From assembly GCA_046290225.1 (NCBI GenBank), contig JBKAGE010000070.1, positions 224,001-288,000 on the forward strand: 64,000 nt of DNA. Direction: 5' to 3'. Of the stretch, positions 1-10,244 are shown piece after piece. This DNA is from Bradymonadia bacterium. GTDB taxonomy: Bacteria > Myxococcota_A > Bradymonadia > UBA7976 > UBA1532. Position numbers and translations under genes: made by a program. The notes under the pieces were generated by a model that saw nothing but the letters and a program-made list of their open reading frames with translations, did not search any database and was not told the origin of the DNA. Positions within the stretch are counted from its first letter, which is position 1, and every line of letters begins with the position of its first letter.

Positions 1-86
1 GCATTCAGCGCCGACGCACTGCTCCCCGGAGGCGCACCCCCAGAGGCTCAATAAGAGCAGGCACCACCAAACTCGGCTCAACGCGA

Positions 87-1292
87 TCAGACCAGCAGCT
101 CCAATCGGCCCAACATGAAGTCTCGGGCCACCACCATCTTGTGCACCTCGTCGGGGCCATCAGCGAGGCGGGCGGCGCGGGAGAAACGGTACCACTGTGC
201 GAAGGGCAGATCGTCGCTGTACCCCAGGCCGCCGTGCATCTGAATCGCGTCGTCGAGGGTCTGGCACAGCAGGTTGGCCACGTGGTGCTTGGCCATGCTC
301 GAGTAGGGCTTGGCCTCTTTGTGCTTCCCCTGCTCGAGCAAAGTGGCGCAGTGGAAAGTCATGAGGTTGCCGGCGTGGATGCCTTCGACGGCCCGGGCGA
401 TCATGCCCTGGATGAACTGATGCCGCACCAGGGGCTTGCCGAAGCTCTCCCGCGTGGCCACGTATCCAGGCTCTTCGAAGTTGCCCCGGCAGATCTCCAT
501 GGTCCGGGCGGCGAGGCCCAGCCAGCGCATACAGTGGGTCAGGCGCGCAGGCACGAGACGGGTCTGGGCCAGAGCGAAGCCGGCGCCGATCTCGCCGATG
601 ACCGCCTCGGGGCCCACCCGCACGTCGTGGAACTTGAACTCCCCCTCACGGTGGGCCAGGAACGGCTCCGCCAGGGTGGGCAGATCGCGCACGTACTCCA
701 CACCCTCGGCGTGGCGGTCCACGACGAACATCGACGCCCCGCTCCGAGGATCGTCGCTGGTGCGGGCCATGACGATGAGGAACGCCGCATCGCGGCCCCC
801 GGTGGAGTACCACTTGTGGCCGTTGATGACCCAGTCGTCGCCGTCCTTCACCGCCCGGGTGTAGAGGTTGGTCGGATCAGCGCCGGCCCCCTTGGGCTCG
901 GTCATACAGAACGCCGAGGAGATCTCGCCATCGCACAGCGGGGCGAGGTACCTGGCCTTGAGGGGCTCGCTGCCGGCCTTGAGCAGCAGATCCATGTTGC
1001 CCTGATCGGGGGCGTCGCAGTTGAACACATAGGCCCCGGCGGGGCTGCGGCCCATCTCGCGGAACAAGACGCACATGCCCATGATGCCCATGCCCAGACC
1101 GCCGAACGCTTCCGGCAGGTGGGGGGTCCACAGCCCCGCAGCTTTGGCCTCACCTCGCAGACGCTGGAGCGTGTCCCATCGCTCCTCGCGGTTCTCGGCG
1201 TAGATGGTGTTCTCTTCGGGGATGACGCGCTCGTCGACGAACGTACGGACGCGCGCCCGAAGGGCCTGAAGCTCAGGGGCGATGTTGAACAT
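87..1292 (-). CDS. acyl-CoA dehydrogenase
   Basis: Motifs SAFCMTEP, WVINGHKWY, IQMHGGLG, RLADGPDEVH; start moved to ATG at 1292 (MFNIAPEL) after a GGAG RBS. Confidence 0.93.
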   Translation of the reverse strand: MFNIAPELQALRARVRTFVDERVIPEENTIYAENREERWDTLQRLRGEAKAAGLWTPHLPEAFGGLGMGIMGMCVLFREMGRSPAGAYVFNCDAPDQGNMDLLLKAGSEPLKARYLAPLCDGEISSAFCMTEPKGAGADPTNLYTRAVKDGDDWVINGHKWYSTGGRDAAFLIVMARTSDDPRSGASMFVVDRHAEGVEYVRDLPTLAEPFLAHREGEFKFHDVRVGPEAVIGEIGAGFALAQTRLVPARLTHCMRWLGLAARTMEICRGNFEEPGYVATRESFGKPLVRHQFIQGMIARAVEGIHAGNLMTFHCATLLEQGKHKEAKPYSSMAKHHVANLLCQTLDDAIQMHGGLGYSDDLPFAQWYRFSRAARLADGPDEVHKMVVARDFMLGRLELLV

Positions 1293-1367
1293 GTGGCTCC
1301 TTCTCGGTGGGGCTGGTTCAGCCAGATGGTAGAACTGCGGGGAGTGCATGTCGAACAGGAGTTGCAC

Positions 1368-2132
1368 ATGTCTACGATTCGCGTGGAGCGAAGCGGTCAC
1401 GTGGTCACGGTCGTCCTGAGCCGCCCACATGTACGCAACGCCGTGGACCCCTCGACCGCATCTGAGCTCGCCGCCGCCTTTCGTGCCTTCGAGGCGGATG
1501 ATGATGCTCGGGTGGCGGTCCTCTGGGGTGAGGGCGGGCATTTCTGCGCTGGCGCAGATCTCAAGGCGGTGCACGCCGGCGATGTGCATCGCCTCGAGCC
1601 CGAGGGCGACGGCCCCATGGGCCCGAGCCGCATGCAACTGAGCAAGCCGGTCATCGCCGCGGTGGAAGGCTACGCGGTCGCTGGTGGCCTGGAGCTGGCC
1701 TGCTGGTGTGATCTGCGGGTGGCCTCACGGGAGGCGGTCTTCGGTGTGCTCTGCCGACGCTGGGGGGTGCCCCTCATCGACGGCGGCACGGTGCGCCTGC
1801 CACGGCTCATCGGTGAGAGCCGGGCCATGGACATGATCCTCACAGGCCGCCAGGTGAGCGCCGAGGAGGCCTTCGCCATGGGGCTGGCGAACCGCCTAGT
1901 GGACCCAGGTGAAGCGCGCGGTGCGGCAGAGGCGCTGGCCCACACGCTGAGTGACTTGCCCCAGGCTTGCATGCGCTCGGATCACGCCTCGGCACGTGCG
2001 CAATGGGGGCAGTCGGTGCCGGATGCGATTCGAGCAGAGTTCGAAGGCAGCGTGGGGGTGCTGGCTGTGGAAGGGGTCGCGGGCGCCGGGCGGTTTGCCC
2101 AGGGGGCTGGCCGACATGGGGAGGCTGAGTAG
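1368..2132 (+). CDS. enoyl-CoA hydratase/isomerase (crotonase family)
   Basis: FCAGADLK, KPVIAAVEGYAVAGGLELA, RLPRLIG; start at ATG 1368 after AGGAG. Confidence 0.93.
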   Translation: MSTIRVERSGHVVTVVLSRPHVRNAVDPSTASELAAAFRAFEADDDARVAVLWGEGGHFCAGADLKAVHAGDVHRLEPEGDGPMGPSRMQLSKPVIAAVEGYAVAGGLELACWCDLRVASREAVFGVLCRRWGVPLIDGGTVRLPRLIGESRAMDMILTGRQVSAEEAFAMGLANRLVDPGEARGAAEALAHTLSDLPQACMRSDHASARAQWGQSVPDAIRAEFEGSVGVLAVEGVAGAGRFAQGAGRHGEAE

Positions 2133-2136
2133 AAGA

Positions 2137-3423
2137 TTAGTCGTCTATACCCTCGAGGAAGGCCCGCTCAACTGCGGGATAGTCGACCTCTGCGTCGAGG
2201 CGGGCCACCACCGAGTAGAAGCCGAACTGCAGACGGTTCAGGAAGAACATGTCCGCCGGCAGGGGCACGAGGCTGTCGTCCTTCGCCTTGCGGAAGTGGG
2301 ACACCATCTGCCGCATCTCCTTCACGAGCTCGGTGACGAAGTCGCGGCTGATGCGAAAGGGCGGGTTGAAGTGGGGCTCGAAGCAGCGACGCACGTATCC
2401 CAGAGCGGCGTCTTCGTATGCACCACCGTGTGTCTTGAACAGCTGCACGCCCGTGGCCCTGAACGCGGCCTCGTCACCGGCAGCCGCCGTGCGGTGAAGG
2501 CGCCGGGCGAGGCGGTTGCGATCCGCCGGGATCTCCTGAATGCAGCCGAAGTCGAGGAAGGTGACCTGGCCATCATCGTGGAAGATGTAATTCCCCGGGT
2601 GCGGATCAGCGTTGAACATGCCCCCGACGAGGTTGCCCTTGTAGACAAAGCGCCAGAGCGTCTCCACCCATGCTTTGCGGGCGGCCTCGTCCGCGGTGCA
2701 CGCCTCGGTGAAGGTGTCTCCACGGACGAAGGCGCTCGTCATCACGCGGTGGGCACACAGCTTGGGGAACAGCGCCGGGATGCGGATCGTGGGATCACCG
2801 GCGTGCAGGTCGATGAACTGCTGCTGACGGCGCGCCTCGTGGGTGTAGTCCAGCTCCTCTCGGAAGCGGGTACGCACCACCTCGAGCACCTCTTTCGAAT
2901 TGAACTTCCGGGTGCCCATGACCGACAGGGCAGACTCCAGCAGGCCGGCGTTCTTGAGATCGCTCTCTACAGCTTCGGCCACCCCTGGGTGCTGCACCTT
3001 CACCGCCACCTCGACCCCGTCGAGGGTGACGGCGCGATGCACCTGACCGATGGAGGCGCTGGCGATGGGTGTGTCGTGCCATTCGGCGAACAGCTGATCG
3101 ATGGGGGCTTGCAGTTGCGACTCGACGAGTTGACGGATCGCCGTGGGATCAGAGGTGGGCGCCGCCGCCTGCAGGCCCTGCATCCAGCGCTCGTAGGCAT
3201 CTCGTTGATCGGGCGGCACCACCCCGTCGATGTAGCTGGCCATCTGGCCCACCTTCGCCGCGAGGCCACGCAGATGCCCCATGACCTCGGCGGCCTTGCG
3301 GGCGTTGCCCTGGCCATCTTTCGCCCGGCCCATCAGCTGAGTCACGCCCGCTCGGGCGCCCACCTTCGCCAGGCGAGCCAGGCGGCCCAGGCGGCCTCGG
3401 GGGATCTCACGTTCGTCGGACAC
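2137..3423 (-). CDS. ABC1/AarF/UbiB-family atypical kinase
   Basis: KVGQ, ASASIGQVH, VAVKVQHPG, FNADPHPGN, LDFG motifs. Confidence 0.9.
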   Translation of the reverse strand: MSDEREIPRGRLGRLARLAKVGARAGVTQLMGRAKDGQGNARKAAEVMGHLRGLAAKVGQMASYIDGVVPPDQRDAYERWMQGLQAAAPTSDPTAIRQLVESQLQAPIDQLFAEWHDTPIASASIGQVHRAVTLDGVEVAVKVQHPGVAEAVESDLKNAGLLESALSVMGTRKFNSKEVLEVVRTRFREELDYTHEARRQQQFIDLHAGDPTIRIPALFPKLCAHRVMTSAFVRGDTFTEACTADEAARKAWVETLWRFVYKGNLVGGMFNADPHPGNYIFHDDGQVTFLDFGCIQEIPADRNRLARRLHRTAAAGDEAAFRATGVQLFKTHGGAYEDAALGYVRRCFEPHFNPPFRISRDFVTELVKEMRQMVSHFRKAKDDSLVPLPADMFFLNRLQFGFYSVVARLDAEVDYPAVERAFLEGIDD

Positions 3424-3533
3424 TCACGCTCCTTCGGACGATCAGGGTGTTCTCGACACGCTTCTTCTCGACAAGCGCGTCACCGCCGCATACTCCATCG
3501 TTCAAGATGCACGAGGCAAGATCTGGACGCGCC

Positions 3534-4313
3534 ATGAGTCACGACCACATTCACGACATCGACGGGGTGGTGAAACACCTCGAGTCTCTCATCGACGCCG
3601 CACAGGCCGAGCGCTCGCGTCGCGGCTACTTCATGGCCCTCTATCACGGCGTCACCGTACGTGTACGTCGAAAAATCGAAGAGGGGGGCTATTTCGAAGA
3701 TGACGCCCGGATGGAGCGCTTCGACGTCATCTTCGCCAAGTACTACTTTCGGGCCCTCGACCAATGGCTTGGTCACGGGGTGCCCTCGGCGCCCTGGCAG
3801 CTGGCCTTCGAGTGCCTCGACGACGAGCCCTATCTGATTTTGCAGCATTTGTTGCTGGGCATGAACGCTCACATCGCCTTCGACCTCGCCCAGGCCGCCG
3901 CTGAGACCGCGCCTGGTGAGGCTGTGCACGATCTCGAGTTCGACTTCGGGCGCATCAACGACCTGCTCGCCGCCACCGTCGACGACGTACAGGACGGCCT
4001 CGCCCCCCACGCACCCCTTCTGGGCCTCATCGACCGGGTCGGTGGCCCTCTGGACGAGCTTGCAGCCTCAAAGGCCATGGCCCTCACCCGGGAAGGCGCC
4101 TGGATCGGCACCAAGGCCATCGCCCTCGCTCAAAATCAGAGCGAGAAAGCCATGGCGGTCAACGCGCTGCGCGCGGTGTCGATCAAAACGGGCGGTGTCA
4201 TCTCCCAACGGCCGCGGCGGCTCATGCGCTTCATCAGGCTCACGGAGTCGTGTCATCGTCGACCGCACAAGATCGACGATGTCATCGAGACCCTGAAGTC
4301 CGCGCTCGCCTGA
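3534..4313 (+). CDS. conserved hypothetical protein (DUF5995-like)
   Basis: RMERFDVIFAKYYF and LQHLLLGMNAHIAFDL resemble the DUF5995 family as recalled; start uncertain. Confidence 0.6.
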   Translation: MSHDHIHDIDGVVKHLESLIDAAQAERSRRGYFMALYHGVTVRVRRKIEEGGYFEDDARMERFDVIFAKYYFRALDQWLGHGVPSAPWQLAFECLDDEPYLILQHLLLGMNAHIAFDLAQAAAETAPGEAVHDLEFDFGRINDLLAATVDDVQDGLAPHAPLLGLIDRVGGPLDELAASKAMALTREGAWIGTKAIALAQNQSEKAMAVNALRAVSIKTGGVISQRPRRLMRFIRLTESCHRRPHKIDDVIETLKSALA

Positions 4314-4349
4314 GCGTCTCTGCACTGTTCACACAGTCCGCCCTGGCAG

Positions 4350-5204
4350 ATGCCCATGCACCACCACATCCCTGGCCTCTTCCTCATCGTCTTGAGTCTC
4401 GTCGCTGGTCTGTCCGACGCATCCGCTCAGGCCGCACAGGCGGGCAAAGGCCAGATCACCTACCTGCACGTCCCTGGCGGAACCTTCACCATGGGCCGTA
4501 CGGACGGCCCACAGCTCGAACGCCCAGCCCACACTGTCACCGTGAAGAGCTTCTGGCTCTCCAAGAGTGAGATCACCGTCGAGCAGTTCATGCAGTGCTT
4601 CACCGAAGGGGCTTGCTCCGCAGGTGGTCTCACGGCAGATCCTGCGTGCAACTGGGGCAAGCGAGACCGCCTCGACCACCCCATCAACTGCGTCTCCTGG
4701 CGTCAGGCCAGGGCCTTCGCCCAATGGGCCGGTGGGCGGCTGCCCACCGAGGCAGAGTGGGCCTATGCCGCCCGAGGCGCCGAGGGGCGGCCATACCCCT
4801 GGGGCGCCGAGCCCCCGACGTGTACTCAAGCCGTTATGCACTCACCAGAGGGCAAAGCTGGCTGTGGCGCCGAGGGCACTCGACCTGTGTGCAGCATCTC
4901 TGCGCCCGGGCAGTGGTTCTGTGATCTCGGCGGCAATGTGCAGGAGTGGGTGGCCGACGCCTTCGCCGACAGCTACACCGACGCCCCCAATGATGGCTCT
5001 GCCCGCCTGAAGGGCCACATCTACTGGCACCGTGTGGCCCAAGGCAAACCACAGCCCGTTCACAAGGCCAGCAGCCGCATCTTGCGCGGTGGCAGCTGGC
5101 GCGACGGCCCCGAGGCCCTGCGGGCCACCACACGGCGCCCGGAGCGTGCAAAAGATCACAACCCCACCGACGGCTTTCGCGTGGTGTTGGAGGTACCCCG
5201 ATGA
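4350..5204 (+). CDS. secreted formylglycine-generating-enzyme (SUMF1/FGE-sulfatase) domain protein
   Basis: Signal peptide; GGTFTMG, HPINCVSW, RLPTEAEW, DLGGNVQEW, RGGSW, GFR. Confidence 0.88.
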   Translation: MPMHHHIPGLFLIVLSLVAGLSDASAQAAQAGKGQITYLHVPGGTFTMGRTDGPQLERPAHTVTVKSFWLSKSEITVEQFMQCFTEGACSAGGLTADPACNWGKRDRLDHPINCVSWRQARAFAQWAGGRLPTEAEWAYAARGAEGRPYPWGAEPPTCTQAVMHSPEGKAGCGAEGTRPVCSISAPGQWFCDLGGNVQEWVADAFADSYTDAPNDGSARLKGHIYWHRVAQGKPQPVHKASSRILRGGSWRDGPEALRATTRRPERAKDHNPTDGFRVVLEVPR

Positions 5205-6634
5205 AGAGGATGATCTGGGCCCTTGCCCTCGCCCTGACGGCGTGCGGTGGCCAGCCTGCGACACAGACGAGGCCCGCGGCGTCTGATGAGATGAATGTCG
5301 AGGCCCATGTGCAGTTGACCATGGACGAAGGCGCACCGCTCACCGATCAGGGTCGCCTCGTCTTCGCCTGGATCCCGATGGAGATGGCCCAAGTCTGGTT
5401 GGCGCAGGGCAGACCCCCAGCGGCGAGCCTCATGACGCTCATCGCCCATACGCAGACCATCACCGTTGCTCCAGATAAGCTGCTACAGGGGCACACCGCC
5501 CATCTCAGCCTGCCCTCGGATGCTCGAAATGCGCATTTGATGGCGCTCCTGGAGATGCGCGGTGGCTTCTGGGGCACGCTCCTCTCTGGTGGTCCGTTGA
5601 TGGCCTTGTCGAAAGCCCCTCTCTCCGAAGGCGCGCCCACCCTGACGCTCCATGCTCGGGCCCCCAAGGTCAGAAAGCCCACCCCTCACTGCGAGGGTCC
5701 TCGCTTTCGGCCCCTCGTGCTCGGTCCCGAGCCAGGTGCCCGGGCCTGTGTGCATCTGCCGAAGGGATATACGGAAGAAGAGGCCCGCTACCCGGTGGTC
5801 TATCTGCTCCCGGGGCTCACCGGTGATGACATGACCCGCTTCCACGGATCTGGCTTCACGGATCAGATGGACGCCCTCACCACCAAGATCGGGCAGAAGG
5901 TGATTCTGGTGGGGGTGAACACCCGCAGCGCTGCCGGCTCAGCCTATGCCCGCCCGAACCAGCCTGGCGGACCGCTCCCCTACCTGGACACGCTGGTCAA
6001 GACTGTGGACGACACCTTCCGCACCGTGCCCCACAGCAAGGGACGCATCTTGATGGGGCAGTCCACGGGGGGCTTCAACGCCATCTCCGTGGCATTGATC
6101 TGGCCCGGCGTCTTCGGCGCGGTGGGTGCATCTGGTCCCGATGGGCTCGATCTGCGCAGCTGGCTGCTGAAACCTGATGGCACCTTTGAAGAGCAGTGGT
6201 TTGCCTGGCTCCGTCTCGAAGCCGCGCTCACGGGGCCAGGTCAGTTTGTGAGCTACGCTGTGGCCTGGTCCCCTGATGCCGAGGGCAAGCCCCGCTGGCC
6301 GGTGGATCCGCAGACCGGTGCAGTGAACCCGGAGGTGATGGCGCTCTGGATGGCCCACAACCCCACCGGGATTGTGCAGACCCCCACTGGTCAAAAAGCC
6401 ATGCGCGATCTCGAAGGGCGCATCTATCTCGGCGTGGCCCGCGGGGACGAGTTCGATTTGTACGCCCCCACTCAGACATTCGCAGATCAACTCTCCGCCT
6501 TGGGCATCGAGCACACACTGAAGGTGGATGATAGCAGCCACTTCGACGCCAACGATCGTCTGGTGAAACTGATCGCCCTCGCCCTCGATGCCCTGAGCGG
6601 ACCTCAGAAGAGCACGGCGGACGCGACACCTTGA
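5201..6634 (+). CDS. lipoprotein esterase (alpha/beta hydrolase)
   Basis: Lipobox LTAC; RYPVVYLLPG; nucleophile elbow GQSTGG; 4-nt overlap with the upstream gene. Confidence 0.8.
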   Translation: MKRMIWALALALTACGGQPATQTRPAASDEMNVEAHVQLTMDEGAPLTDQGRLVFAWIPMEMAQVWLAQGRPPAASLMTLIAHTQTITVAPDKLLQGHTAHLSLPSDARNAHLMALLEMRGGFWGTLLSGGPLMALSKAPLSEGAPTLTLHARAPKVRKPTPHCEGPRFRPLVLGPEPGARACVHLPKGYTEEEARYPVVYLLPGLTGDDMTRFHGSGFTDQMDALTTKIGQKVILVGVNTRSAAGSAYARPNQPGGPLPYLDTLVKTVDDTFRTVPHSKGRILMGQSTGGFNAISVALIWPGVFGAVGASGPDGLDLRSWLLKPDGTFEEQWFAWLRLEAALTGPGQFVSYAVAWSPDAEGKPRWPVDPQTGAVNPEVMALWMAHNPTGIVQTPTGQKAMRDLEGRIYLGVARGDEFDLYAPTQTFADQLSALGIEHTLKVDDSSHFDANDRLVKLIALALDALSGPQKSTADATP

Positions 6635-6714
6635 TCGATTGGCCTTGAGTCGCTGGGCCCTCTGTAGTCCATTCGCACAACTCAATCATACGATATGACG
6701 CAAGACGGACACCC

Positions 6715-8058
6715 ATGAGCATCAACATGCGCACCCCCCTGCCCTACCTGCTCCTCGCTGCCGGCTGGCTCGCCCCCAGCCTCGCCTCTGCGGAATACAC
6801 CGAGCCCAAGAAGGGTCCCGCCGCGGCCAATGCTGATCCCAAGCTGGTCAAGATGTACGAAGCGGGCTTCTACAACGACTACAAGAAGACCTTCAGCCGT
6901 GGAGATCGCAAAGAGCTGAACATGCTCGGCAACTTCGCCGAGCAGCAGCAGATCCTGAAGACCTCCGGGCCGCCGGACACCTACTGGATCACCGGGTGGG
7001 ATGGCGTGCCGGCGCCCCACCGCGAGCTCGCAGTGATTCAGGCGGGCATCAACCGCACGTGGCTCAAGGCGTGCCACGCAGACTTCGACGCCTACGAAGC
7101 CAAGATGAAGGTGGCCCGCAAGGGCTTCGACGACGACTTCGCCTTTGTGCGCGCCGAGACGACCTCGTTCTACGAAGGGGCCGACCGACTCCATCAGATG
7201 TGGAAGCGGGCCGCGGAGCTCTTCAAGAAAGAGAACCTCTATCTGACCCGGGGCCACATCCTCAACAACGCCTACATCTGGGGCGAGCTCGTGGCGCTGG
7301 AGTACGAGCTGGTGAAGCGCACCGGCCGAGGCAGCATGAGCCGCTACATCTCGCCGCAATGGGCCCGTGAGCGTGTGCGCATCAACCCCACCGACGTGAA
7401 CGCGCGCCGCATGGTCTACTGCTGGTCCGCCGCCGAGGCCGGCACCCCGACTTTGCCGATGCTCTCACAGGCCCGGGACTACGCCCACACCAAGGGCAAG
7501 TCCTTCATCCGTCACGTCTTCTCCAAAGAAGAGGCCAAAGAGGCCAAAGCCTGGGCCGACAGCGCCCGGCCCGTCGACCCCGACGCCCACAGCAACGATC
7601 GCATCATGCACGTCACCAGCGTCAACGCCAAAGCCAAGCCCGGCGGCATCGTCTTCGTGGGGTACGAGCGCCTCAGCCCCGCCTTCGAGGTCAAGAGCGT
7701 CTCCCGCAAAAAGGGCAAGACCCAAGTGAAGCTGGGCTTCACCCGCCCAGGCACTCAAAAGTACGACTGCAAGACCACCAACCGCGTGCAGCGCATCGCC
7801 TGGGACGGCGAGCTGCTCTACTACGCCGATTGCAAGAGCCGCCCCACCACCTTCGATGTCACCGCAGTGGTGAACTTCCAAGATCTCCCTGGCAGCGTCG
7901 ACATCAAGAAGGGCGACAAGCTCGGTGCCTTCGGCCGCATGACCAAGATCAAGACCAAGCAGAACAAGAAGAAAACTAAGACCAAGATCAACGTGACCCT
8001 CGATGGGCTGCACCTGCGAGACATCCGTCGCGGCGGCAAGGACATCACCTCTTATTGA
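6715..8058 (+). CDS. secreted hypothetical protein, Lys-rich
   Basis: Signal peptide ending SLASA; strong GC-at-third-position codon bias; no family recognised. Confidence 0.75.
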   Translation: MSINMRTPLPYLLLAAGWLAPSLASAEYTEPKKGPAAANADPKLVKMYEAGFYNDYKKTFSRGDRKELNMLGNFAEQQQILKTSGPPDTYWITGWDGVPAPHRELAVIQAGINRTWLKACHADFDAYEAKMKVARKGFDDDFAFVRAETTSFYEGADRLHQMWKRAAELFKKENLYLTRGHILNNAYIWGELVALEYELVKRTGRGSMSRYISPQWARERVRINPTDVNARRMVYCWSAAEAGTPTLPMLSQARDYAHTKGKSFIRHVFSKEEAKEAKAWADSARPVDPDAHSNDRIMHVTSVNAKAKPGGIVFVGYERLSPAFEVKSVSRKKGKTQVKLGFTRPGTQKYDCKTTNRVQRIAWDGELLYYADCKSRPTTFDVTAVVNFQDLPGSVDIKKGDKLGAFGRMTKIKTKQNKKKTKTKINVTLDGLHLRDIRRGGKDITSY

Positions 8059-8067
8059 GGTGTCACC

Positions 8068-8490
8068 TCAGAGTTCAGTCACGTCCACTACGCTGCTGGA
8101 CAGATAGCCCATACACGTGCGGCCATCGGCACCTTCGACGATCACGCTCCAGCCAATGCCTGCGCTGAACTCGCCGTTCTTCGCCGGGCCCAGCGTCAGC
8201 ACCTCCGTGCCCATGGGCACCTCGGCGAGCACATTGGAGACATCGCTCTCCGGGAACACAGGGTTGGATCGCAGCCGGGCGAAGCCGAGGGCATTCTCGC
8301 GCACCCTCACGCGGCCCTGATACACTCGCTTCTCGGGCACAGCCCGCACCTGACGATGCGCGTCGGTGTAGGCGATGGGTGGTGCCTTGCTGCACGTGCC
8401 CTCGATCTCGAGCTGATCGGCAGTCCCCTGGGCGCACCCGGCGCACGCCACAATGCAGAGTGCCAGTACAGATGTGATCAGACGATGCAT
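8068..8490 (-). CDS. small hypothetical lipoprotein
   Basis: MHRLITSVLALCIVACAGC signal/lipobox; start uncertain. Confidence 0.55.
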   Translation of the reverse strand: MHRLITSVLALCIVACAGCAQGTADQLEIEGTCSKAPPIAYTDAHRQVRAVPEKRVYQGRVRVRENALGFARLRSNPVFPESDVSNVLAEVPMGTEVLTLGPAKNGEFSAGIGWSVIVEGADGRTCMGYLSSSVVDVTEL

Positions 8491-8642
8491 GCTCAGCTCT
8501 CCCGTGCAATGTGCCGCACGACGGAACACATGAGCTCGCTGATTTATTCCAGCTCAGCCCACTTGCGGCCCTTCCGCGATATCCGCTCTGATGCATCTGC
8601 ACCGACTCGCCCACAAGGCCAGATGTGAGGAAAGACAGGTAC

Positions 8643-9101
8643 ATGCGCATTGCATGGATGAAGATCTCTGACGCGCGACATCAACTCTCTTTGTCTCGCC
8701 CAGACGGCACAACTGACGTCATCGAGCTGGAGTCGCGCAGCTTGCTGCTTCACGACTTTGTTCACTTTGCGTTGGAATCGGAGCTGGACACCGACCATGG
8801 TGTCTTTGGCCGCCTGTCGCGTGGGCTCGATTTGAAGGCGCTGAGTGATCCGAGCCTCACGCCTTTGGAAGGCGAGCTGCTCGTCATTGAGCAGCTGGTG
8901 GGTCCCCTTCAGGCGGTCTTTCAAGGCAAACTCGATGCGCGATCCTATCTCGACATTGCAGAGGGTCAGCACCCAGGTGTGATGGATGCCGAGAAGCTCG
9001 AACGCATCCTGAGCCACGTGCGCGCACTCTGGGGGGCGTGGCGAAAAACCCCCTACCGTCAATCAATGACACGTGACTGGCCACCACATCAAAGACGTTG
9101 A
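8643..9101 (+). CDS. hypothetical protein
   Basis: Plausible ORF with an LLHDFVHFALE motif; AGG-rich RBS upstream. Confidence 0.6.
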   Translation: MRIAWMKISDARHQLSLSRPDGTTDVIELESRSLLLHDFVHFALESELDTDHGVFGRLSRGLDLKALSDPSLTPLEGELLVIEQLVGPLQAVFQGKLDARSYLDIAEGQHPGVMDAEKLERILSHVRALWGAWRKTPYRQSMTRDWPPHQRR

Positions 9102-9204
9102 GAGTTGATAGAGAGCGATCTCTCATCGCGTTGTGTGCTCAGGGCCTGCTCCAGCGAGCATACACTCTTCACAGACACGCGGTTGAGCCAAACCAGGACA
9201 CGCC

Positions 9205-9414
9205 TCACTGACAGAACTCGAAGGCCGCCACGGGCTCGCTGACGAGCAAAATGTGCTCTTCCTGGTACATGGCGTCGATCTCGCTCTTGAGCTCTCTGGC
9301 CCTGCACATCATCGAGCTCCTGGTGATGGGCATGTCGTCGGGCAACCTCGAAGCCACTTCACGTACTCGAGTGAGTTCATCTCTCAGTCGGGTAATCGTC
9401 TCCGCCTTGCTCAT
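9205..9414 (-). CDS. small hypothetical protein (69 aa)
   Basis: GGAGG RBS immediately upstream of ATG 9414; helical composition. Confidence 0.5.
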   Translation of the reverse strand: MSKAETITRLRDELTRVREVASRLPDDMPITRSSMMCRARELKSEIDAMYQEEHILLVSEPVAAFEFCQ

Positions 9415-9515
9415 CAAGGTCCTCCACTCAAAATGAGTCACCGCCCATATTGCCCCCCAGTACTTGATTGACGGCATATCGAGGATTCCGTCACAGTTTT
9501 TTTGCTGTTCAGCAT

Positions 9516-9541
9516 AAAAAAACCCACCTGACGGCGGGTTT
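9516..9541 (-). terminator. Rho-independent terminator
   Basis: Minus strand reads CCCGCC-GTCA-GGTGGG followed by T7, just downstream of the 9570-10118 stop. Confidence 0.8.
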
Positions 9542-9569
9542 GAGGGGGGATTTGCGTGAGAGGACACCC

Positions 9570-10118
9570 TCAGCGGCAGATCTTTCGGCGCAACTTCTTG
9601 CAGTCCACTTTGTAGTCACTGGTGAGCAACAACATCTTGCGCAGCGACTGGGGATCGAAGGGCTTAAGCTTTTTGGGCTTGTCTCCACAGCCACTGCCAC
9701 CAGCGGTCTGGCCATAGACTGCCACACTGGCTTTCTTGTGCTTCTTGCCGAAGCTCGAGCAGCACACCGTCTTCTCGATCATCAACTTCAGATCCTGCAC
9801 GGCGTACCGCTCGACGCCGCTGGAGCAGCTCTTGGGCTTGCGGCGGTCCCAACGCGTTTTCCAGTGATCTGAGTAGCAGCGCCGGAGCGAATCACGGGCG
9901 CGCTCACGGCACCGATTGGGCACGGCGCCGCCACAACTGCCCCTGCCGACGAAGTCGCCCACTCTCCATTGAGCAGGGGTCTTGGGGGGCACGCCATCGG
10001 CAAGGGTCTCGACGATGAGATAGCCCCCGTCGCAACTGCGCTTGATCTTCTTCGCCTCTGCAGTCCAGGGCGACAGGATGAGAAGAAGGGCGGTGGTGAT
10101 GCCGAGGAGATTGTACAT
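9570..10118 (-). CDS. secreted cationic Cys-rich hypothetical protein
   Basis: Signal peptide ending AEA; 10 Cys; K/R-rich; GAGG RBS; has its own terminator. Confidence 0.75.
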   Translation of the reverse strand: MYNLLGITTALLLILSPWTAEAKKIKRSCDGGYLIVETLADGVPPKTPAQWRVGDFVGRGSCGGAVPNRCRERARDSLRRCYSDHWKTRWDRRKPKSCSSGVERYAVQDLKLMIEKTVCCSSFGKKHKKASVAVYGQTAGGSGCGDKPKKLKPFDPQSLRKMLLLTSDYKVDCKKLRRKICR

Positions 10119-10244
10119 GGTGTCACCTCTGGGTTGGGGTGTTGACGAGCTGTGTGTGGTTGCTCATTCCCCAAGGCGACACGTCTTCGACGCAGACGAC
10201 ACGATTCGGTGATTTTTTCGCAGTTCGACCAAAATGGCAGGATC

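Noticed and set aside
1..54. Possible 3' end of an upstream plus-strand gene (frame 1, TAA at 52-54)
   Set aside because: Only 17 codons visible; cannot be supported or named
141..1637. N-terminal extensions of ORFs 141..2132(+) and 87..1637(-) that suggest long overlapping genes
   Set aside because: Each extension is the antisense shadow of the opposite gene; real starts with RBS are at 1292(-) and 1368(+)
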